From the NCBI RefSeq assembly GCF_964188315.1, contig NC_135667.1:22816001-22880000 (forward strand): DNA of 64,000 bases, in the 5' to 3' direction. This stretch comes from Podarcis muralis. Lineage: Eukaryota. The translations under genes and the position numbers were made by a program. Position 1 is the stretch's first letter. Each line of letters opens with the position of its first letter. The notes beneath the pieces were generated by a model, which made no database searches, was not told where the DNA came from, and saw only the letters and a list, made by a program, of their open reading frames with translations. Shown here piece by piece: positions 1 through 9,660 of this stretch.

Positions 1-994
1 TTAAATTAATCATTCCAAGAAGCCTTTAAATTTGGTTGGTTTGATTCATCTTGATTTATAACTGCATGTACAAAAATCCAGGGAACCTGTCAAATCAGGT
101 AGTAAACCCTTATATGAAGCCTTTCTGATTAAAAAAAAAAATGGAAGATTATAAAGACTGCTAAAATACAATGCAAATTAACAAAACACAGCATAATCCA
201 GCAGAATGACAAAAATAGACCGTGGATTAATTTTAGGAGTGTGCAGCCACACAAATATGGGGTGGCTGTATCCCTACACAGTTTGAGCTGCAATGCCAAC
301 AAAGTAACCCAAGTTGGACAAGGGCCACCACAATGCTTTGTACTGCTGTTTCACTGTGGTTTTCTGTGCAATATATCAGTATGCCTGTGTCCCTTTACTC
401 TATGTCCTTGGACCCTTCCTATTATTTTAAAAATAAGAGGGGGGGCAGCAGAGTTTTTATTTTTTTTCTTTGTAAAAAGTAAAAGGACTTTGCAGGCAGC
501 ATTAAGTAGAGCATCACTGAAAAATGCCTAATGAAGGATCTTTCCTCCCCAAATAAGCAAGTGATTCCGAAGCTAAGCTGGCTAATATTTCCTCTTCTTC
601 TACTACTTCCATCACTACTTCTTAATGTATAAACAAGAATACACACCACTCAGAGTGAACTGGGAGGGTGGGAGTATATTGAAGAAATGCTAAGCAAATA
701 ACATAGAAGAGAGTATGCTGGGTTGTAAGAAACCTTCTAATTATCATTTGCACTTAGCTTTTTGATCATGACAGTGGTTATAGTATAATCAGTGCTTTCC
801 CCCCTATAAACATTGGTGCTGCTACTCACCACAAAGTTGTTACAGTAAGTGCCATACCTTTTAACAATAAAAAAAGAGGTGCTGGTACTGCATACCATTG
901 AGTACCCCCTGGGAGGGGGAAACACTGCATATAATCTGCATGTTGCTGTTTTGATCTGTTCTAACACATGTAGAAGGAAAGAAAATTCCCTTAC

Positions 995-1218
995 ATAAGT
1001 CGATCAATATCCTTTATTGTGGGGATTTTTTTGAAACCTATTTCTTCGAATATGAAGGCATACTGAGTTGCAATTGTTCCGATGGTAAAGTCACCAGTCT
1101 GATAATACTGATGTGAGAGCTGGAAGGGTTCACTCAAGCTACACATAGCAGCGTATACCTTGCACACCTTTTGAGGGAACCACAAACTGAGCCCTAGCAA
1201 AAGAGATATCCGAGTCAT
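995..1218 (-). CDS. V2R exon 1 (signal peptide and start of Venus flytrap domain); rest of gene is off the left edge
   Basis: ATG at 1218 gives MTRISLLLGLSLWFPQKVCKVYAAMCSLSEPFQLSHQYYQTGDFTIGTIATQYAFIFEEIGF..., homologous to exon 1 of the complete genes in the window (YYQxGDxxIG motif). Ends AT|GTAAG at 995/994, 224 bp, phase 2 like all other exon 1s. Confidence 0.8.
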
Positions 1219-2348
1219 CTTTGACCACTTCTTGGCAAGGAATATCCAGCTTTTATCAATAATCCAGAAGCAGCTTGGTGCAAACACCTTTTGTCTAGAG
1301 TTCTAAATACTTATGATACATGGAATTTCCCTGCAGCCCTTCATATTTTCTGGGATATTTTACAACAGCCTTCAGTCTGGGCTGTTAATTCACGCGGGGT
1401 TTGGCAAAATGGCTGAAACCAAGTGAATAGTTATAATTAAAGGGTCTGTCTCCCAAGAGAATTGCTTTGTTCAAGATACCTTTTGCAGCAAAAGAACCAA
1501 AGAAAACATGTTTATTGAATTTCAGCATAGTTTACAAACAATCTTATATTGCAATTATGACAACTGAGTTTTAATTCAAGCCGGAATTTTGCATTATGTG
1601 CCAATGTATTTCCAGTAATATCTTAAACTAATGTTGTGACTTTATAATTCAACTAGAGAACTCAAAAAGGGGAAGGGGAAAATGTGGATAACCGAAAGGC
1701 AATGTTGTGGGATAATTATCATAAGGACAGAGAAGAATCTGTGTAAAGCCCTGTTCATGCATTCTGAAGAAATTACATTTACAATGTTACATGTTGTAAT
1801 AAAACAAAACCAAGAGTTACTGAGAAAATATATTCTTGTTTTATATAAATTTGGATGGATGACAGCTCTTCTGTATTAGCTGGGAGATTACAGGTCTGTG
1901 AATGTGGGCCTGCACAGAAATTTTTGATGAAGAATTATATATGTTTTACTAAATAAATTAAGTGCACAATGCATTAGTTAGCTAATGTAACTTCAAACTG
2001 ATACAATTAATTTCATTAATCCAGGAATAGTGGATGGGAGGCATCGGTTACAGACACATTTTCATTGACATGACAAAAGCATCTCTGTCCATGCCACTTC
2101 AATGTACCAAAAACCTTAATAAAAGGTTCCTACCAAGTTTCCCAGTACTTCCCCTTCATTGATCAGTTCCTCCCTATTGGTGAGGACCAGCGCCAAGATA
2201 AATGATTGCCTTGTTGCTGCTTCTACCATTTGGGAAATGAAATTGTCAGTGAGCCAGTGGAGGAATTGGTTAGACCTTATATTCTTGAGTTTGAGTTCCA
2301 ACAGATATCAGGGTAGTCCAACAGATATCAGGGTATCTCCCGTAACCA

Positions 2349-2715
2349 ATAAAGGTAAAGATACCCCTGCCCGTACGGGCCAGTCGTGTCTGACTCTGGG
2401 GTTGCGCGCCCATCTCGCTTAAGAGGTCGGGGGCCAGCGCTGTCCGGAGACACTTCCGGGTCACGTGGCCAGCGTGACGAAGCTGCTCTGGCGAGCTTGC
2501 ACCAGCGCAGCACACGGAAACGCCGTTTACCTTCCCGCTATAAAGCGGTACCTATTTATCTACTTGCACTTAAGGATGCTTTCGAACTGCTAGGTGGGCA
2601 GGAGCTGGGACCGAACGACGGGAGCTCACCCCGCCACGGGGATTCGAACCGCCGACCATGCGATCGGCAAGTCCTAGGCGCTGAGGTTTTACCCACAGCG
2701 CCACCCGCGTCCCTC
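2349..2715 (-). mobile_element. Sauria SINE, full length, with 10-bp target-site duplication
   Basis: Minus strand begins GGGACGCGGGTGGCGCTGTGGGTAAA, has a B-box GGTTCGAATCC and ends in an ACCTTT tail. Flanked by CCCGTAACCA at 2339-2348 and 2716-2725. Confidence 0.85.
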
Positions 2716-2827
2716 CCCGTAACCACTACCTCTCTCCTTTTCAAATGTTTCATAATCTGCTTTAAGAGGACATCATGCAAGTCTTCAGTCTAACTTGGCA
2801 CTCTATAACAGACACCCACAGTAAGTT

Positions 2828-3075
2828 ACAGGTAGGTAGCCGTGTTAGTCTGCCATTGTCAAAACAAACAAACAAAAAATTCCTTCTAGTAGCACCTTAG
2901 AGACCAACTAAATTTGTTATTGGTATGAGCTATCGTGTGCATGCACACTTCTTCAGATACACTGAAGTACACTGTGTATCTGAAGAAGTGTGCATGCACA
3001 CAAAAGCTCATACCAATAACAAATTTAGTTGGTCTCTAAGGTGCTACTGGAAGGTTTTTTTGTTTGTTTGTTTCG
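2828..3075. mobile_element. Palindromic Penelope-like terminal-repeat element with hammerhead-like cores and 14-bp TSD
   Basis: Inverted arms ~2858-2962 and 2974-3077 around an 11-nt loop. Direct repeat ACCCACAGTAAGTT at 2814-2827 and 3076-3089. The arm end ...AATAACAAATTTAGTTGGTCTCTAAGGTGCTACTGGA resembles reptile Penelope termini (from recall, not searched). Confidence 0.65.
2976..3013 (+). ncRNA. Candidate minimal hammerhead ribozyme (degenerate; G12 mutated); mirror copy on minus strand at 2923-2960
   Basis: GUAU-CUGAAGA-A-GUGUGC(AU)GCACAC-[A]AAA-G-CUC-AUAC: 4-bp stem I (GUAU/AUAC), 6-bp stem II, palindromic AGCU stem III. The minus copy has G12 intact but reads GAUA instead of GAAA. Confidence 0.55.
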
Positions 3076-4373
3076 ACCCACAGTAAGTTGTTTCTTTCTC
3101 CTACAATTTTTACCCATATACTCTCAATCTGCCTTGCATGATCCAGGTCATGCATCTCTTCATAATTGTACATCTCATTTGCATATAATGCTACTCTTCC
3201 TTCCTGTTTGGTCTGTTCCTTTTGAAGAGGTTATGCCCTCAGTTCCAACATCCCAGTCATCAATCTCATCCCACCAGGTTTCAGTAATGTCTACCAGATC
3301 ATACTTGCCATATTTGTTTATTTCCCATACTCTGTGCAAGAAGACAACAGAAACCATGAGTCATTCCCTCCAGCTGCTTCTTTCATGTAGTTTCTTGCTC
3401 TTTAGCGGTTTCTGGAGCACCACATCAGTTTCCTTCTTTTCTCTGTATTTTGTCTCCTTCCCTCCTCCCTCTAGTTTAAAACTCTCCAAAACAGGTTTGT
3501 GAGACTCTTAGCAAGCACATTGTTGCCAAATGCTGTGAGGTGCAGGCCATCTCTTGCCAAAGTCCTTCCTCAAGGAAGCTGAGACCATGGTCCAAGAACT
3601 TCTTTGTGCAGCCAGTGGTTACTTCCAGTATTTTTTGACTCTCTTCCTGTAAAAACCACCTGTACTCTAAGTCCCTTCAGCTTCCAGCCCAGAGTGTCAT
3701 AGTCCTGAGTTACATGCTGATGGCCTTGTCTGGAAGTATCATTTGTAGAGTCAACATGGTAAACTGTGATTGTACCTGTTTTGGGATAGAAGTATTGTAC
3801 CACTTAACCCTGCCCCAATATCTGACTAAGAATTCCACCCAATGCCTTATCCACCACTCAAGACAGCTCCTTTGCCATCTCACCGCCAAACCAGCCTACA
3901 GCTGCAACCAATTTTGATGCCTCTACATAGGTCATTCAGCCAACACTCATTTTCTGCAAGAGAAAAGATTGACTGATTTTCAGACCAATGCGTGGCAGGA
4001 TATCCCAGCCACCTCTGCAGCTGGCTGGGGAATTCCCCTGGTTTCTGGCCTTGTGATGGGGAGGCCTTTGTACTGTGAGGCTGGAGGTCTGACATGATGA
4101 GCCGCAACTAGTGCCCACCCGGATGCTGGGTAAGCAGTCAATATGAGAGAGCCAGAAGCAGATTATAGGTAAGGAAAATAAATCTAAAATGAGGAAAACG
4201 CAACCAATACACAATGATATGTATTCAGTATGTAATTCTAATCAGTCTAAATGCAACTTTTAAAAAGTCAGAAGCTGACGGTTTTTGGAACGTACCATTA
4301 CTTTTATCAAAAATATATAGTTCTAATGACCTAATTTAGTGCATGTTATGCAGAGAACAAAATATCTCCTTAC

Positions 4374-4606
4374 ATAAGTTCAGCTGCAAACTTTCTTCCG
4401 GGATGTGCACTGAAAGGTATTTCATCAAATACACAGCCAAACTGTGAAGCAATCACTCCAATAATGAAGTCCCCTGTTTGATAATACCTGTGTGGGATAT
4501 GGAGCAAATCAGTCATGGTACACATAACAGAATGTGCAGTATACACAGCCTGAGACAACTTTAGCCACAGCGAAAGCAGCAGCAGCAGCAGAAATATCCA
4601 TGCCAT
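4374..4606 (-). CDS. V2R exon 1, isolated (no exons 2-6 between it and the next exon 1 at 995-1218)
   Basis: ATG at 4606 gives [77 protein letters not shown]. Donor AT|GTAAG at 4374/4373, 233 bp, phase 2. Closest in look to V2R-E exon 1 ([12 protein letters not shown] shared). Confidence 0.75.
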
Positions 4607-5299
4607 CTTGCGGTAATGTTTGTCATATAAACACCAGTTTCTACCTGAAATTCACAATCAGCCAGGTTAAACGGCCCTCCAATTCAATGGCTATGGGTTT
4701 TGCTTTTGTTTTGGTAAAGAGATCCTGCTGAAATTCAAACTGGGGCAGCCCTGCCTGTTTGGAGCTTCTCACCCCCTTCTGAATAGCACAGAGATACCTT
4801 ATGTAAGTTTTCTGACTGCACTATTGATATCTGTTGCCTCAGATAATCCACATAGGATTTGAAAAGAGGAGGGATGAATCCTAGCAATCTGAGATGATTA
4901 CAGGGTTCAAAATCTTAGCCTTGATCATTGTTATGTGCAAAATAACAGAGCAAAATGATTATATGTGTTTGTCAGATTTCACTGGAACTGAGTGGGCTGT
5001 GTTTGTTGTGTAGAGATTATTCAGGCCCATAGTAAAAATCGTAGACAAACATTAAAGCTTTGGGTTTAACTTTTACTTTAATATAATCACACAAATAAAA
5101 GTTAGTTACATTGATGTCTTATATTTTGTCTTTTTGTTTGCAATTTTAACCAGATCTGTTAATGAATTTCAGTAATGCTGTATATTCATATTCAGTTGGA
5201 TCTCATACATTCAACAGCTTTAGTTGTTCTGTTAATATTTATTACTTCATTCCGATTATCAGGCAGCAGTCCACTTCTTTCAGTACATTTATTTCTTGA

Positions 5300-7825
5300 T
5301 AATAATAATAATAAAAAAATAATAATAAATTTTATTTATATCCCACCCTCCCCAGCCGAAGATGGGCTCAGGGCGGCTAAAAACAAACAAAATAATCCAA
5401 CATTCTAAAAACATTCATTATAAAATTAATTAGATCAAATTAAAATCAAATTAATGGCAACCATCAAGCAAAATTCTGTGCAGATTGCCAGAGGAGGGGG
5501 TCAGGCTGCGCCCTGACCAAAGGCCTGGTGGAACAGCTCTGTCTTGCAGGCCCTGTGGAAGGATGTCAGGTCCTGCAGGGCCCTAGTCTCTTGTGACAGA
5601 GCGTTCCACCAGATTGGAGCCGCGGCCGAGAAAGCCCTGGCTCTCGTTGAGGCCAGCCTGACCTCTCTGTGGCCTGGGATCTTTAGGATGTTTTTATTTC
5701 CAGACCGTAAATTTCTCTGTGGGACATACCAGGAGAGGCGGTCCCGTAGGTACGTAGGCCGTATAGGGCTTTAAAGGTTAAAACCAGCACCTTAAACCTG
5801 ATCCTGTACTCCACCGGGAGCCAGTGCAGCTGGTATAATACCGGATGGATATGATCTCGCAGCGAAGACCCCATAAGGAGTCTCGCCGCGGCATTCTGCA
5901 CCCGCTGGAGTTTCTGGGTCAGTCTCAAGGGCAGCCCCACGTAGAGCGAGTTACAATAATCCAGTCTGGAGGTGACCGTCGCGTGGATCACAGTGGCTAG
6001 ATCAGGGCGAGAGAGATAAGGAGCCAACTGCTTAGCTTGGCGGAGATGAAAAAATGCCGCCTTTGTTATAGCTGTAATCTGCGCCTCCATAGAGAGGGAG
6101 GTATCGAAGATTACACCCAAACTCTTAACGGACGATGCTGGCACTAATTGCACCCCCGCAAGAGATGGGAGTTGCCCCCTCAATCCCATATCGCTCCGTC
6201 CCAGCCAGAGGACCTCTGTCTTCGACGGATTTAACTTCAACCGGCTCCCACGTAACCATCCAGCCACAGCTTCCAGACATCTGGTCATTGTATCTGGGGC
6301 CGAGTCAGGATGGCCGTCCATCAACAGATAGAGTTGGGTGTCATCGGCATACTGATGGCAGCCCAGCCCAAAACTCCGGACAAGCTGGGCGAGGGGGCGC
6401 ATAAAGATGTTAAAAAGCATAGGGGAGAGAATCGCACCCTGAGGCACTCCACACACCAAGGAGTGGCGCGATGACAATTCCCCCCCCAAGCGCCACCCTC
6501 TGTCCCCGACCAGAGAGAAACGAGCGCAGCCACTGAAGGACTGTGCCCTGAATCCCCACGTCGGCAAGGCGGTGGTCCAGGAGTTCGTGATCGACCATGT
6601 CGAAGGCTGCTGACAGGTCTAGAAGAATCAGCAGTCCCGACCCGCCTCGATCCAGCTGCCTGTGGAGATCATCTGTTAGGGCGACCAGAGCCGTCTCGGT
6701 CCCATGACCAGCGCGGAAGCCAGACTGGAATGGATCGAGAGCTGATGTTTCATCCAGAAACCTACCAAGCTGTTCAGCAACCGCTCTCTCAATCACCGTA
6801 CCCAGGAATGGAAGATTCGAAACCGGGCGGTAATTGGATAGATCTAAAGGATCTAATGATGTTTTCTTTAAGAGCGGACGCACCACTGCCTCCTTCAGTT
6901 CCCCTGGGAATATCCCGGTGCCAAGGGACAAATTGATGATGTCACCCAGGGGGGCCCGCACCTCGTCTGGACATGCTCTAATCAGCCAAGACGGGCACGG
7001 GTCAAGAGGACAGGTGGTGGGCTTTCCAGCTTGGAGGAGTCTGTCCACATCGGCTGGAGATATCCGGTCAAAGTGGTCCAATACTGGACCCGAGGACAGT
7101 CGAGGGGCCTCCAGTTCCTTTATTGTATCCAAATTGGCAGGGAGGTCATGGCGGAGCAACAGGACCTTCTCCGCAAAAAAGCTCGCAAATGCCTGACAGC
7201 TGTGTGTCGAATTGTTATTTAAATTTGGCTGTCCTTCAAGGGACGTTAAAGACCTAATTATACTAAATAATTGCGCCGGGCGAGAGCTAGCGGAGGCAAT
7301 GGAGGCCGAGAAGTAGGACTTCTTAGCGGCCTTCACTGCCATCTCGTAGGTTTTCATAAAAACCCTATAAGATGTTCTTGAGGCTCCGTCACGGGCACCC
7401 CGCCATACTCGCTCTAGCCGTCTGAGGTCCCGCTTCATTTTCCGAAGCTCCTCGGTAAACCAGGGAGCCCGGTTTCTGCGGGGACGCAGAGGGTGCCTAG
7501 GTGCGATCTCATCGATGGCTGCTAGGAGCTGGATATTCCAACCCTCAACAAGCTCAGTCAATGAGTCGCCAGGGGGAGCAAGGTCCCGCAAGGCCTGACG
7601 GAATCTATCAGGGTCCATCAGCCTCTGCGGGCGAGCCCAAATTGGCTCGCCACCTAAGCAGGGTGGGGGTGGAAAATCAATCCTGGCTTTCAGTGCGTAG
7701 TGATCAGACCATGGCACCTTCATTGAAGAAACATGATCACATCTATACCGGCGCCAAAGATCAAATCCAGCGTGTGGCCTGCTTGATGTGTGGGGCCCAA
7801 AACAAACTGGGAGAGCCCTACAGCC
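5300..7825 (-). mobile_element. L2-clade LINE, 5'-truncated, ORF2 (endonuclease C-terminus and reverse transcriptase) with few frameshifts
   Basis: ORFs 6410-7723 and 5683-6567 give RT motifs YRPVSNLPFL, FQSGFRAGHGTETAL, LLDLSAAFDMVDH, GVPQGAILSPMLFNIFM and YADDTQLY. Endonuclease motif GPTHQAGHTLDLIF at ~7755-7800. Frameshift in a G8 run at 6480-6487. 3' UTR ends in an (AAT)n tail near 5300-5330. Confidence 0.88.
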
Positions 7826-7850
7826 CTAGTGATAGAAGTAGGAACATATC

Positions 7851-8634
7851 TGTCAGGGGTTCAGGGACAGAGGCACAGGTGAGGGAGGAGACGGAGAGCG
7901 AGGGGGAAGAATCCCAGGGCAGCGAGGAAGAGGATGACAATGACTTGAGGGATTCCATGAGTCTCTCAAGTGAATCGGAGGATTCCCAGAAGGGGGCGCC
8001 TGTGGTCAGGCCAAGGGGAGTCACAGGGGGGACTCGTCAGGAGCAGGGGACCAGCGGGGGAACCCAAAGTGGGAGCTGGGAGTCGGGACCGGCTTCTCCG
8101 CCAGAGCGCAGTGAAGGGGGTGGAGATTCCAGAGTGACAGGGGAAGCAGGTCCGAAAGCAGAGAGGGAGGGGAGATCGGAGCAAGACATCCTCCCGGAAG
8201 GGGAGGGGAGTAGTGCAGGGAGTAGTGTAACTGTCAAGAGGAAGGTTAGAGGTTGCGAACGCGCGCCAAGTTCAAATGTGGAGGCGCGCGGAAGCACAGG
8301 GAGCCCGGAGGAGGAGCCAGGTCCCAAAGCACGCAGGAGGGGGGAAGAGCTGTCTGGGGATTCCGCGTCAGGGGAATCCAGGAGGGGCGAAACCCCAGGG
8401 GGCAGGAAGACCTTGCGGAAAAGGAAAGAAAGGAGGAGGTGGAGCAGCACAAGCCTCTTAAAGTGGTGCAGAGGCGGGACTGACTCAGAGGGGACTTCAG
8501 CGGTCTAAGCGTAACAGACGTGGGGCTGCGCGCCTCAGCTGTGGAGCGTACAATGCACTTCAATAAACATCTTTGTATATAAACTGGACTTGGCGTTGGT
8601 CTCTTGTGAGCTGGGACCTGAGGCAGCCCTGACA
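7851..8634 (+). mobile_element. Solo LTR (Gypsy/ERV-type), 784 bp
   Basis: Starts TGTCAGGG and ends CCCTGACA (8-bp terminal inverted repeat, TG...CA). 5-bp TSD ATATC at 7846-7850 and 8635-8639. AATAAA near 8562. Confidence 0.8.
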
Positions 8635-9067
8635 ATATCAATACCTCTTACCCCCATATTTATCCAGGAAACAGCAGTAACATTGGGTTGAAACACTGTT
8701 GCTGGTTGTTATTTTTTACAGATTGAAAGAGAGAGAGAATTTCAAGCCAAATCTTCCCCCAGTAGTCAAAATATATTTGTGCTCATGTTATCTGTTTTGC
8801 ATTGAGCTTATGGCAGTTCCACTGATGGCAGGACCTCACTCCACTCTCCTACATATGTTTTATAAGACTGACATAGGTGCTGTACTTTGAATGGAATTCA
8901 GATTTAAAAAAAAAATATTGTTGATGTGGTATAGAGCTTAAGTAATTTTGGAAAGCTACTCAATGTTGCTCGTGTGGAAGTCATATTAGCATATGCATAT
9001 TTTTGTTATCTTTTTTCAAAAAAATACAAAGTCAATTATAAGGATCTCAGTTATTAGTAAATGTATT

Positions 9068-9222
9068 GCAATTTCTCTTAATTAGATTATTTTTGCTGTT
9101 CAAATCAGACTTCAGGATAATTATTAGCATTTAGTGGTAAAAATGCAACCCAGTAACCCAGCACTGAAGGCCAAGCTAGAGAAGATCTCTACAGCCACCA
9201 TGTGCTTCCCTTTCATGCTTGT
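9068..9222 (-). pseudogene. Relic of a V2R exon 6 3' end (TM7 and C-tail)
   Basis: CAGGATAATTA-TTAGCATTTAG...CCCAGTAACCCAGCACTGAAGGCCAAG...GAGAAGATCTCTACAGCCACCATGTGCTTCCCTTT aligns with V2R-A 9665-9815 with indels and substitutions. No upstream exon sequence. Confidence 0.7.
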
Positions 9223-9660
9223 GCCTTAGATATATAATGAAGGCACCAGGAGAGCCCTCCTGGGGAGAGCATTCCACAAACATGGAGCCACCACACCTCC
9301 CTCCAGCTCATGACTTGCTAATCATGTTGCATAACTCCCAACTACCATTCTAAATGTTCCCTTCCCTAAAAACAGTTACTGTCTTTTAAACTATAATCCC
9401 AGCTGGGGAAGGAGGAAACCCACATATGATTTTATGATTCTATAATTTGCAAATGAGATTTGCTATTTTTTAAAAGTCTGAAGTACATTATTCCACAAGA
9501 CAAAATTAATTATAAAGAGATGTAATATCAAAAGTTCATTGAACAGGAAAAAGAAGTGCTTATTTATGTATTTCTCCAGGAAGCATCATAATTTAGATTC
9601 ATAAAAATTATGTAATAAATATTAATTGGCAAAAAATAATAATCTGAAATTAGTAGATCA

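Larger units (their letters stand above)
2040..4180 (-). mobile_element. Degenerate CR1 LINE (ORF1 3' part and ORF2 endonuclease domain), interrupted by two younger insertions
   Basis: Minus-strand translation across the insertions gives CR1 endonuclease motifs YDLVDITETWWDE (~3200-3300), ESIWVKI..LTVGVCYR..VVTG..YPDICW (~2300-3130) and DNFISQMVEAATR..ILALVLTNREEL (~2170-2260). ORF1-like end HLTAFGNNVLAKSLTNL near 3490-3545. Many stops and frameshifts; outer boundaries approximate. Confidence 0.7.

Noticed and set aside
2600-2715. tRNA-like sequence with B-box (also 39197-39260)
   Set aside because: These are SINE heads with no complete cloverleaf, so not tRNA genes.
7501-8508. 335-aa plus-strand ORF as a host gene
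   Set aside because: It is a chimera of antisense L2 sequence and a solo LTR, low complexity, with no recognisable domain. Retained only as a low-interest LTR observation.
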